Below are positions 28,388-39,944 of a stretch of 64,000 nt of DNA, piece after piece. This stretch comes from Dehalobacter sp. DCM (lineage in GTDB: Bacteria; Bacillota; Desulfitobacteriia; Desulfitobacteriales; Syntrophobotulaceae). How positions within the stretch are numbered: the stretch's first letter is position 1; the number at the start of each line of letters is the position of its first letter. The stretch is from contig NZ_CP092282.1 in the NCBI RefSeq assembly GCF_024972775.1, forward strand, positions 3,747,525-3,811,524, in the 5' to 3' direction. Below the pieces are notes generated by a model that was not told where the DNA came from, searched no databases, and saw only the letters and a list, made by a program, of their open reading frames with translations. A program made the position numbers and the translations under genes.

Positions 28388-30139
28388 ATGATTCATTCTT
28401 TCTATAACAAACAAGATATCATATCGACTTCTGAAGTCCATACAGCTATAACTGCGATCAACTTTCAGAAAGAGCTTTTCTTACACAGCCGTAAGAACCA
28501 TGACACAACTTCCTTGTTAAGACCGGAGGTAGCTACTTCATGGAAACGATCCAAAAAATTGAAGATCGACCCAGAAATGCAGGAGCTTGCCCATGCCCTA
28601 AGTGAAAAGGAACTAAACGCACTATTGTACGATAAGCGAACATTTGTAGATCTGACGAAAACTCACCTTTATAGTTTTCTCCCCCTGCTCAATATACCCA
28701 AATGTGCCATTACGATCTTTGACGAAAACGGCACCTTATTAGACGTGTCTGATCCTTATCAACTGCTTCGTCTCAACCCGCACAGTGGTTCAATCTGGAG
28801 AGAAGAAACCGTTGGCACCACTTCGACTTCTCTCTCCATGGAATACGGAAAAATCGTTCAACTATCCGGACCACTTCATTATTGCAAAGCGCTGGAGAAT
28901 CAGTTGGCCACAACGGCACCGGTCTACGATTTAGAGGGAAATCGCTTAGGGATTATCACGATTATTCATCATCTCAGCGATGAGCTGTTTAATGTAGAAA
29001 CCAGCCAGCGGATTTTGCTTTGGATATCCGCTTTGCGGTATATGGTGGAAAGTCAATTCGCCCTGTTAAAACGCAGCTATACTCTGAATGGTGGGGGATT
29101 TGAAGGGAGAAACAGAGAATATCTCCTTCCTATACCGGAAGATCACAACATGCTTGACTGCTATGAAAAAGGGCTAACGGCAAACAGTCCTTTTTCGACG
29201 ATCTTGGGCGAGAGTCCGCAAATCCAAAACGTAATCCGGACGGCGGAACGCTTTGCACCAAGCGAGAGCGGTATTCTCCTTACCGGAGAAAGCGGTACGG
29301 GCAAAGAAATGTTTGCTCAGGCTATTCATCAGGCCAGTGGAAGAAGCGGTCCTTTTGTTGCGATTAATTGCGCTGCTCTTCCCGGCAATCTCATTGCCAG
29401 TGAATTGTTCGGATATGTCGGAGGGGCTTTCACCGGTGCCGAAAATAAAGGCCGCTTGGGGAGAATTGAATTGGCTAAGGAAGGAACTTTGTTTTTGGAT
29501 GAAATCGGCGATATGCCTTTGGAAATTCAGCCAAATCTTCTGCGTGTGCTGGAAGACAAAAAAGTCACACGGTTAGGCAGCAATAAAGACATTCACGTTG
29601 ACTTTCGTCTGATTGCAGCAACTAATGTAGACCTTTTTCAGCTTGTACAGGAGAAAAAATTCCGTGCTGACTTATATTACCGCCTGGAAACACTGCAAAT
29701 GAAATTACCACCACTTCGAGAAAGGGGTCGGGATATTTTGCTGATTGCGAACTATTTTCTGGAGGAAATTTGCACAAAAGCCGGACGGGCACCGCTCAAA
29801 CTAAATAAAGATACGGAAACATTCCTTCTTAAACACGCTTGGCCGGGGAATATCAGGCAGCTTAAAAACGCTATGGTTTACGCTGCAAATATGTGTCAAG
29901 GGCAAGTCATTACGCTGCTTGAGCTGCCTGAAAGCGTTTATCGCGATATGGATATGGCGTTACCAGAAAAAGATTTAGTAAATTTTCCAATGTCTTCTCT
30001 TCAAGAGATAGAACTAAATTCAATAAAAAAAGCTCTGCTTTTATCCGGAAATAATGTACGCGGTGCTGCAAAAGTGTTAGGATTGAGCAAGACTTCCATT
30101 TATCGAAAAATAAAAGAATACAATATTGACATAACGTAA
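28388..30139 (+). CDS. sigma-54-dependent transcriptional activator (AcoR-like N-terminal sensor, AAA+ core, Fis-type HTH)
   Basis: GESGTGKEMFAQAIH and the GAFTGA motif in the AAA+ core. C-terminal HTH AAKVLGLSKTSIYRKI. N-terminal SWKRS-containing sensor domain. SD GGGAGG. Confidence 0.85.
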   Translation: MIHSFYNKQDIISTSEVHTAITAINFQKELFLHSRKNHDTTSLLRPEVATSWKRSKKLKIDPEMQELAHALSEKELNALLYDKRTFVDLTKTHLYSFLPLLNIPKCAITIFDENGTLLDVSDPYQLLRLNPHSGSIWREETVGTTSTSLSMEYGKIVQLSGPLHYCKALENQLATTAPVYDLEGNRLGIITIIHHLSDELFNVETSQRILLWISALRYMVESQFALLKRSYTLNGGGFEGRNREYLLPIPEDHNMLDCYEKGLTANSPFSTILGESPQIQNVIRTAERFAPSESGILLTGESGTGKEMFAQAIHQASGRSGPFVAINCAALPGNLIASELFGYVGGAFTGAENKGRLGRIELAKEGTLFLDEIGDMPLEIQPNLLRVLEDKKVTRLGSNKDIHVDFRLIAATNVDLFQLVQEKKFRADLYYRLETLQMKLPPLRERGRDILLIANYFLEEICTKAGRAPLKLNKDTETFLLKHAWPGNIRQLKNAMVYAANMCQGQVITLLELPESVYRDMDMALPEKDLVNFPMSSLQEIELNSIKKALLLSGNNVRGAAKVLGLSKTSIYRKIKEYNIDIT

Positions 30140-30148
30140 TTATCGGCA

Positions 30149-31357
30149 TTAATCCTCTTCTCCCGCTTTAAAGTTATAGATGGGTTTGATGATCTTGTCG
30201 ATGTCCGCGGTGGGCCCGATATTGTTTACGATATCATCCATATTTTTATAGGCCATTGGGCACTCATCGAGGGTATCTTTATTCACCGACGTGGTATAGA
30301 CATCCTTCATTTGTTTCTTGAATTCGGATAACGTAAACGCTTGTTTGGCCTTCGTCCGGCTCATCAGCCGCCCTGCCCCATGGGGCGCAGAATAATTCCA
30401 GCCTTTATTCCCCTTGCCGATGCAGATCAGGCTGCCGTCCCGCATATTGATTGGAATCAGCAGGCGTTCCCCTGCCTTCGCGGACACCGCTCCCTTACGT
30501 AAGATCATCGCTTCGGTATCGATATAGTTATGGGTGGTCGTGAATTGTTCCACTACGTCGAGCTTCATTCCTTTGACGATCTCCATGACCATGGCTTTAC
30601 GGTTCAATTCGGCAAACTGCTGAACGATTTTCATATCATGGATATAGTCATCAAACAGATTTCCGCTGACATAAGCCAGTGCATAGGGGACATCCGTAAT
30701 CACTTGACTTTTCAGTTCTTTTAAAGCCTTGGCGATCTCTTTATCCCGACCTTCGGCTTTATAGCGGGCAATCAAGGCTTCCAGATCCGGCTTTTCATTT
30801 TGGTTTAACTGTTGGTAACCGGCTTCCTGATAGTATTTGGCTACTTCCAGCCCCAAATGACGGCTGCCCGAGTGCACGACAACATACAAATCGCCTTCCT
30901 GGTCTTTATTGACCTCAATAAAGTGATTGCCTCCGCCTAATGTACCGATACTCTTCTGCGCTCTGTCCAGTTTGACTGCCTTCAGACAGCGCAGCGCCGT
31001 CAGGTCGATCTGTTCGTTATACCGGTGCGGGGTCTCCCTTACGGTATAGCCCGACGGAATGGATTCATAGATCAATTTATCCAGCTTCTGCAGCTCCAGC
31101 CGTTTATTGCTGATCCGGATGGTTTCCATCCCACAGCCGATATCCACCCCAACTAAGTTGGGAACCACTTTATCGGTAATCGTCATGGTAGTGCCGATGG
31201 TACACCCGGCCCCGGCATGGACGTCGGGCATGATCCGGATTTTACTGTCTTTGGCAAATTCCTGGTTGCATAGCGTTGCGATCTGGGACGCTGCGCCTTC
31301 CTCTAGTGTATCTGTAAATATTTTGGCTATATTATATTTTCCTCTAATTTCTTGCAT
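30149..31357 (-). CDS. rtcB: RNA-splicing ligase RtcB
   Basis: Full-length 402 aa with metal-ligand motifs (PDVHAGAGCTIG, HNYI..., HGAGR). Confidence 0.9.
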   Translation of the reverse strand: MQEIRGKYNIAKIFTDTLEEGAASQIATLCNQEFAKDSKIRIMPDVHAGAGCTIGTTMTITDKVVPNLVGVDIGCGMETIRISNKRLELQKLDKLIYESIPSGYTVRETPHRYNEQIDLTALRCLKAVKLDRAQKSIGTLGGGNHFIEVNKDQEGDLYVVVHSGSRHLGLEVAKYYQEAGYQQLNQNEKPDLEALIARYKAEGRDKEIAKALKELKSQVITDVPYALAYVSGNLFDDYIHDMKIVQQFAELNRKAMVMEIVKGMKLDVVEQFTTTHNYIDTEAMILRKGAVSAKAGERLLIPINMRDGSLICIGKGNKGWNYSAPHGAGRLMSRTKAKQAFTLSEFKKQMKDVYTTSVNKDTLDECPMAYKNMDDIVNNIGPTADIDKIIKPIYNFKAGEED

Positions 31358-31445
31358 GGTAAACTCCGTTCTGTTCTTATCACTACATTTGTTTTAATCT
31401 AAAATCCGGCCCCTCATACACGCGCAGCGGGTTGCCGCGGTTCCT

Positions 31446-32564
31446 TTAATCGCTCACTTTTGCCGTCAACAGATGATTCAGCTGTTCGAGCAGAGTACCC
31501 CCGCCAGTCAGGGAAATACTGCCGATCTTATCACAGATCTTCTCCAGGAATTCCAGTTCTTTTAAGCGGTATAGTGTTTGGTTTTCCTCCATCAACTTGG
31601 CTGTATTCATAAGACTCCGGGTCGAAGCGATCTCCTCTCTACGGGTGATGACGTTGGCCTGGGCACGTTTTTCAGCCACCAGTACGGTATTCAAAATATC
31701 TTTAATATCGCCGGGCAAGATAACATCTTTAACCCCGACAAAGACAAATTCGGCCCCGAAAGCAGTACTTTTCTCTCTTAATTTCTCTAGGACAAAAGTT
31801 CCGACTTCTTGCTTTTTCTGAAGCAGGTCATCCAATCGCAACGAACCGACGTATTCTCTTAAAATAAGCTGCAGCATAATGTAAAGCTGTTCCTCGAATG
31901 ATTTGATTTCAAGCACCTGTACGGGATCAACAATTTTATACTGGCAGACAAAGTTCAAGCGTAAGCTGATCTTATCTTCCGTCATGATTTCCTGTCCGTT
32001 CAAATCCAGTTGCTGCTGCCGCATATCCAGATTCCTGACGGCAACCTGAACGGGACTCTTCCAGTAGAAATACTTCCCGGGATTTAGTGTTTTCTGCATA
32101 ACGTTATTGTAATAAAGAATCCCTTTTTCATGGTCGGCAACTTCCCAATAGCTTAAGTATCCCGCCAGCTTCGGGTGATAAAACAACGCCGGTTCGATGC
32201 CGTTTTGGATTTCCGGATTGCGGATATCAATGGTGATAAAATCATGCTGTTTCAACAGCTTCCAGTATGCATATTTACCGGATGGCAGAACATCGATAAA
32301 TTTGCCGTCTTCATAATGGAGCACAAGCTCGTAATCCCGAACATCGATGACTGCAAGCTCCTTCAGCAGCTCGGAATCTTCCAGGAAGAGATTGATATTT
32401 TTACCGCTTGTCTCAAATCGGTTATTAATATCCGTAATTATTACTTTATATCTGCCAAATGGATTGAGGATATATCTTCCTGGTTTCAAGCATTTAACAT
32501 AATTGCCGTCCTTAAATAATAATCCTCTCTCGTCATTTTTAATCCTTACTCTCATAACATCCAC
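31446..32564 (-). CDS. cytoplasmic SPFH/band-7 domain protein with N-terminal triple PGxY beta-repeat extension
   Basis: The C-terminal ~200 aa are SPFH-like (LRLNFVCQYKIVDPVQV..., coiled-coil tail). There is no TM; the N-terminus carries three repeats of KPGRY/PSGKY/NPGKY. Confidence 0.65.
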   Translation of the reverse strand: MDVMRVRIKNDERGLLFKDGNYVKCLKPGRYILNPFGRYKVIITDINNRFETSGKNINLFLEDSELLKELAVIDVRDYELVLHYEDGKFIDVLPSGKYAYWKLLKQHDFITIDIRNPEIQNGIEPALFYHPKLAGYLSYWEVADHEKGILYYNNVMQKTLNPGKYFYWKSPVQVAVRNLDMRQQQLDLNGQEIMTEDKISLRLNFVCQYKIVDPVQVLEIKSFEEQLYIMLQLILREYVGSLRLDDLLQKKQEVGTFVLEKLREKSTAFGAEFVFVGVKDVILPGDIKDILNTVLVAEKRAQANVITRREEIASTRSLMNTAKLMEENQTLYRLKELEFLEKICDKIGSISLTGGGTLLEQLNHLLTAKVSD

Positions 32565-33045
32565 CTCTTTATCTTGACATTGGTTTGAACCTTTTTCGAG
32601 AATCCTTCCCGAAGTTCGGCGGAGTACTGCTTTAGGAGCATAGACCTCCGTTGTTACCGGAATAAATTATGTTTCGGGCATTGCCCGTCATAAATCATCC
32701 CCAAAGTAAGAGCGGATTTGTTTTGATCCGGTATCCGCGTACTGCAAGGCTTACGTTCAGGTGTCCTGAGCAGACCGGCTGTCCAGAACGTAAGGATTCT
32801 CGTCAAAGATTCCTTTTGGCTCCATGAAATTTCTCGATTCTCAGTCGCGTGCTTACCACAGCTTCAGATGTCACTAATCTGACGGGGAGTCGAACCCCTT
32901 TGGTGTTTCTAACCCCTTGCCGGCATACCTCACTCTGAAATTAAGGAGGCACCGTAAGACCCTACCGAAATCTTCGCAATGAATTAGGAACAATTTAAGT
33001 ATATAGGGAAAATTTAGGGCTCTAAAGACAAAAAGTTTGCAACCT

Positions 33046-35350
<2,305 letters not shown>

Positions 35351-35493
35351 CTACTACGGTAATTATAGCATATGCATCCTTATTTGATAGAATCTCTATC
35401 TGATGAGTCCGATTAAAAACTTTTATTGCATTATTCCTTCCTTATCGTTTACAATAAAACCTGCTAAATTTTAGAAAGAGGAGAATTGACAGC

Positions 35494-35676
35494 ATGGAAG
35501 AACAAATTAACAAATTTAACTGGACAGCCTTCATTGAAACCACCGTCGTTAACTTTTTTCAGGAAAATGAAATGGAAAAACTGACTTTGGAAGACGGAAA
35601 AGGGAATAAAGCGAAACTAAGCAGACAAAAAGACAATACGATCAAGGTTGAAAGCACATCGACATCGATGTATTAA
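35494..35676 (+). CDS. small hypothetical protein (60 aa)
   Basis: Good SD (AAAGAGGAG) 8 nt upstream; no motif. Confidence 0.3.
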   Translation: MEEQINKFNWTAFIETTVVNFFQENEMEKLTLEDGKGNKAKLSRQKDNTIKVESTSTSMY

Positions 35677-35796
35677 ACCTGAATTCTCGGATATCTTCTT
35701 CATCCACGGATAAAAATAAGGCTATTAACAAAAACTTGACCTGATCGAACAGATTAACGATAATTTCCTTAAATCAAGGAAAGAAGGGGGTTACAT

Positions 35797-36201
35797 ATGA
35801 TCACGCCTTATATCAACTTTTCTGGACGCAGCGGTGAAGCAATTGCCTTCTATGAAAAGGCGCTGAACGGGCAGGATAAACGGATTATGTATTATAAAGA
35901 TGCGCCGCCAAACCCGGATTTTCCTGTTCCCGAGGCCATGCAGGACTATGTTCTGCACGCGGAGATGACGATCTGCGGAACAAAAGTAAGCTTCAGCGAC
36001 ACACAGCAGGGTGTTGTTGCCGGCGACATGATTTCCCTGGCTCTCAGTTATCCCACGGTGAATGAAGTGACAGAGGCCTTCAATCGTTTAAAAGATGGCG
36101 GCGAGGTTTTGATGGAGCTTTCCCCGCAGTTTTACAGCCGGATGTACGGCTGGGTCAAGGACAAGTTCGGTATCGGCTGGCAGATTATTTGCTTGGAATA
36201 A
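35797..36201 (+). CDS. VOC/glyoxalase-family protein (PhnB-like)
   Basis: 134 aa with the paired beta-alpha-beta-beta-beta pattern (YINFSGRSGEAIAFYEKAL..., GWQIICLE C-terminus). Confidence 0.7.
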   Translation: MITPYINFSGRSGEAIAFYEKALNGQDKRIMYYKDAPPNPDFPVPEAMQDYVLHAEMTICGTKVSFSDTQQGVVAGDMISLALSYPTVNEVTEAFNRLKDGGEVLMELSPQFYSRMYGWVKDKFGIGWQIICLE

Positions 36202-36381
36202 AGAGAAACCTAAGAATATTGTGATTGGCTCCTCTAGTAGATCGACAGTAAACGCTAAAGAAACTGTCATTCTAAGGAGGAGCTTTTTTTATGGGCAATC
36301 TGACAAAAAATTAATAATAATTGAATAAACACCGATAACCTCGTACAATTTGGGTGAGATGCTGTAAAGGAGAAGATCCAC

Positions 36382-37242
36382 ATGTTGAAAAGAACCACTC
36401 TCAATATTAATATTGGACTCATTTTGCTTGGCAATACCCTGTACGCCTTGGCGGTCACCGCTTTTATTCTTCCCGCCGGGTTAATTACCGGCGGGACAAC
36501 CGGCTTAGCCCTCCTGTTTTATCATCAGCTGGCTGTTCCCATTGCCCTGACGGTTTCTGTCTTCAATGTGGCGATGTTTATTTTGGGCGGTGCCGTTCTC
36601 GGGCGGTCATTTGCCCTGAATACGCTGATCAGTACGTTCTACTTTCCGTTCATCCTCGGTGTCCTTCAGCAATTTCCTTCCTTGCAGACCCTGACTTCCG
36701 ACCCCCTGCTTTCAGCGATCTATGCCGGAATGATGATCGGTTTCAGCCTCGGTTTGGTAATTAAAGCCGGTGCTTCCACCGGTGGCATGGATATACCGCC
36801 CCTGGTGCTGAATAATAAAATAGGCATACCTGTTTCCTTCAGTCTGTATGCCTTTGACTTCGTGATTTTGCTCTCTCAAATGTTTTTCGCCAATAAAGAG
36901 CAAGTACTTTATGGGATTCTTCTGGTATTGATTTATTCCGTTGTCCTGGATAAAGTCCTGATCTTTGGTCAATCCCGCACCCAGGTGAAGATCGTCAGCA
37001 CGAAATATGAGGAAATCAACCAGGCGATCATCCAGCATCTGGACAGAGGCTCGACGTTAATCGAGGCTGAAACGGGATACCGCCGGAATGAAAGCTTTGT
37101 TGTCCTTACCGTCGTCTCTAACCGGGAATTGCCCAAGCTCAATCAACTTGTCCTGGCCATCGACCCGGATGCCTTTATGGTAATCAATCGGGTGAATGAA
37201 GTGAAGGGACACGGCTTTACCCTTGACAAGTCCTATAAATAA
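36382..37242 (+). CDS. YitT-family membrane protein (DUF161 + DUF2179)
   Basis: N-terminal 5-TM region with GLITGGTTGLALLF followed by a C-terminal soluble DUF2179-like domain. Confidence 0.75.
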   Translation: MLKRTTLNINIGLILLGNTLYALAVTAFILPAGLITGGTTGLALLFYHQLAVPIALTVSVFNVAMFILGGAVLGRSFALNTLISTFYFPFILGVLQQFPSLQTLTSDPLLSAIYAGMMIGFSLGLVIKAGASTGGMDIPPLVLNNKIGIPVSFSLYAFDFVILLSQMFFANKEQVLYGILLVLIYSVVLDKVLIFGQSRTQVKIVSTKYEEINQAIIQHLDRGSTLIEAETGYRRNESFVVLTVVSNRELPKLNQLVLAIDPDAFMVINRVNEVKGHGFTLDKSYK

Positions 37243-37266
37243 TAAATACCATGTAATTTGTAAACT

Positions 37267-38466
37267 CTATTTAATGCCGAGCGACTTCACTTTGCGATAC
37301 AGGGTAGATTTGCTGAGGCCAAGTATTTCCGCTGCCTTAGCGATATTGTTGCCGGTGATGAGCATCGCGTTCCGTATCGCATTTTCTTCAGCGTTTCTTA
37401 CGGTATATTCCTGATCGACCTCAGCTGATGGTTGATCGATTGTTAAAGAAGGCACATTCTCTTCCACACGGGTTTTACTATTTCTAATTCCACACATCAC
37501 TTCCAACGGCAAATCCTTCGGCAGGATGATATCATGCTCGTAAATGTGCAAGGCATAAATCATCGCATTCTCTAATTGCCGTACATTACCCGGCCAATGA
37601 TAATCCAGTAATTTATATTGGGCATCTTTATCAATCACAGGAACTTTACTGCCGGCAGGGCAGTGTTTCTTTATTAAAAACTTAGCCAGAGAGATTATGT
37701 CTACCCCCCTCTGACGCAAAGGCGGAATATTTACCGTAAGTACGGAAAGACGATAAAATAAATCCAGACGAAATGACCCTTCTTCAACCATAATTTGAAG
37801 ATCTTTATTGGTTGCTGCGATTAATCTGAAATCGACGGGCCGATACTGTTGTCCGCCAACACGTAAGACCTGTTTATTTTCCAACACTCTTAAGAGTACA
37901 GCTTGTGTTTCCAGCGGCATATCGCCGATTTCATCCAGAAAGAGGGTACCACGTTCGGCTAATTCAATCTTGCCCTGGCTCCCGCCTTTCTTGGCCCCTG
38001 TAAACGCGCCTGCGTCATAGCCAAATAACTCACTTTCGATGAGATTCCGTGGTATCGCAGCACAATTCAGAACCACAAAATTCCCTTCAGGGCGGCCCTG
38101 ATTATGAATTGCCTGAGCAAATAGTTCTTTGCCTGTACCACTCTCACCGATCAGAAGGATATTTGCCGAAGATGGCGCAAAACGCTTCGCCAGCTTTTTG
38201 GCTTGAATCATCTGGTCGCTCTCCCCAATGATACTATTCAAGTCAAAACCGGTTTTGAGCCCGTGATTCACAGTCTCTTCATATTCATCATTATCGATTA
38301 TTTCTTTAACTTCCTCGTCATTGGACGGCAGTTCAACATACTCAAAATTTTCTTCTGCTTTCAATTGCGCATCGCATTTAATACAGTTTAATCGTGTTCG
38401 TGGATTTGCTGCGCCACAGTTCGGGCAGACTTTAATTTTAGTAGGCGTCGTCGGGCGAAAGCACAT
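37267..38466 (-). CDS. sigma-54-dependent activator with N-terminal zinc ribbon in place of a sensor domain
   Basis: CPNCGAANPRTRLNCIKCDAQL zinc ribbon, acidic linker, AAA+ core (GESGTGKELFAQAIH, GAFTGA), C-terminal HTH. ATG 38466 follows AGGTGGTG; the track start is a GTG inside that SD. Confidence 0.8.
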   Translation of the reverse strand: MCFRPTTPTKIKVCPNCGAANPRTRLNCIKCDAQLKAEENFEYVELPSNDEEVKEIIDNDEYEETVNHGLKTGFDLNSIIGESDQMIQAKKLAKRFAPSSANILLIGESGTGKELFAQAIHNQGRPEGNFVVLNCAAIPRNLIESELFGYDAGAFTGAKKGGSQGKIELAERGTLFLDEIGDMPLETQAVLLRVLENKQVLRVGGQQYRPVDFRLIAATNKDLQIMVEEGSFRLDLFYRLSVLTVNIPPLRQRGVDIISLAKFLIKKHCPAGSKVPVIDKDAQYKLLDYHWPGNVRQLENAMIYALHIYEHDIILPKDLPLEVMCGIRNSKTRVEENVPSLTIDQPSAEVDQEYTVRNAEENAIRNAMLITGNNIAKAAEILGLSKSTLYRKVKSLGIK

Positions 38467-38524
38467 GGGATTAAACACCACCTGAATTCAATAGGTCTCT
38501 CTAATAATTTATTATACAATAATT

Positions 38525-38716
38525 TTAGGTCATATTCCTAACTAATTTTAAAATAAATTGTGATGTGATAAACCGAGTCCATGAAGGGACCCGGTTTACC
38601 TGGCCAATCCTATTCCTGAATTTATAGTTCCACATAGGACAAACAACTGCCATGACCAGTAGGATGAGTGCAAGATACACTTTGGCAATGTTCTTAAAAG
38701 CCTTAATTTTATTCAT
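38525..38716 (-). CDS. small membrane protein (63 aa)
   Basis: Single TM; co-oriented downstream of the CPBP gene. Weak. Confidence 0.25.
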   Translation of the reverse strand: MNKIKAFKNIAKVYLALILLVMAVVCPMWNYKFRNRIGQVNRVPSWTRFITSQFILKLVRNMT

Positions 38717-38719
38717 TTG

Positions 38720-39544
38720 CTACCACCCTCTGTTGTTCTCCAGCTTTTTGACGTTCATCATCATAGCGATTACGAATAGGATCAGAGCCGTGATGATGCT
38801 TTCCTGGATCGAATATTTGGTCATCACGTCCGTCTGCAAGAATCCGCCCAGAAGGATCGAACTACCGGTGATCGTCCAATGATACAGGATCATTAATTTC
38901 AGGGCACCCCCGGTTTTGATATAAATCATCGTCATAATGACGGCGTGCAGCGTCATGGTGATCAGAATGAGTATAAATGCCGGAATCATAAACTGACCAT
39001 AACTCTTATACCCGATATAATGCATGGGCAGATGCCAGATCTCCCAAATCACACCCAGTATGATCCCGGATTGCAGCGGCGTGAACCTTGCCAGGAGTTG
39101 AGGTAGAATATATCCTCTCCAGCCAAATTCCTCACCAAAGCTGGAGAATAATGGCCAGATTAGACCCATTAGAATTAAAGGTATCGTCAAAGCAAATTGG
39201 TATTCGTGAATCACGCTATGGGAAATCACCGTTGTCAAGATAGTAGCCGACGGTACGATCGCCAAGACAATAAGAATCCGTCGCCTGGCGGTTTTCTTCT
39301 TAAAGTTGGCTATAAGCGCTTCGGTGCCTTCTTTGCCTCGCGTAATTCGGGTAACAATGAACGCAGCGATGCTCGGTGATATATTGCACAATAGCCCGAC
39401 AAGGATAAAAGCCAGTGTCGGTTTATTCACATCCTGGACAAGACCGGAAATGATGAGAGCAAATACCAGCATCCATGTCCATCCAAAGGTTATCAGAAAG
39501 TAAGCGGTGTTCGGTCTTTTTCTTATATACATTATCATTATCAT
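38720..39544 (-). CDS. CPBP-family (CAAX/Abi) intramembrane metalloprotease
   Basis: EEFGWRGY motif 1 and a second HxxxH-type motif in a polytopic protein. Confidence 0.75.
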   Translation of the reverse strand: MIMIMYIRKRPNTAYFLITFGWTWMLVFALIISGLVQDVNKPTLAFILVGLLCNISPSIAAFIVTRITRGKEGTEALIANFKKKTARRRILIVLAIVPSATILTTVISHSVIHEYQFALTIPLILMGLIWPLFSSFGEEFGWRGYILPQLLARFTPLQSGIILGVIWEIWHLPMHYIGYKSYGQFMIPAFILILITMTLHAVIMTMIYIKTGGALKLMILYHWTITGSSILLGGFLQTDVMTKYSIQESIITALILFVIAMMMNVKKLENNRGW

Positions 39545-39944
39545 ACCTCCTATCCGATATTGCTTTTTGCTTCTATCAGCCTTTCTTATCCAGCCGTTTG
39601 ATAAGTACCAACTCCAGATTCATATCCCGAATCTTATTGACAGCAGTTCTTTTCTTTAGATCACTTTTTCAGATAACGTGGGAATGAATAGATTCGTCGC
39701 AAGAATAGGTGGCTTCATCGTTTACTCCCGTCTGGTTTTAAATGAATGGATAGAGGTTGATTTCTCAAAATCTATTATATCAGTTCACGAACCTTTCCAA
39801 TAGTATGAATAAGCCGGCTACTTTATCAGCAAACCGGCTTGCACCTCTAATGACGTTCTATAAACACGCTATGATTGGTTTAACTGTCTATGCTTTTCTA
39901 TGCTCAAATAAACCCTTAATGAATGATTAACGATAATCTACCTA

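Noticed and set aside
32883-32900. GGGG/CCCC hairpin considered as an intrinsic terminator
   Set aside because: No U-tract follows on either strand. The loop instead matches the tRNA T-loop consensus, so it is reported as a possible tRNA-like element.
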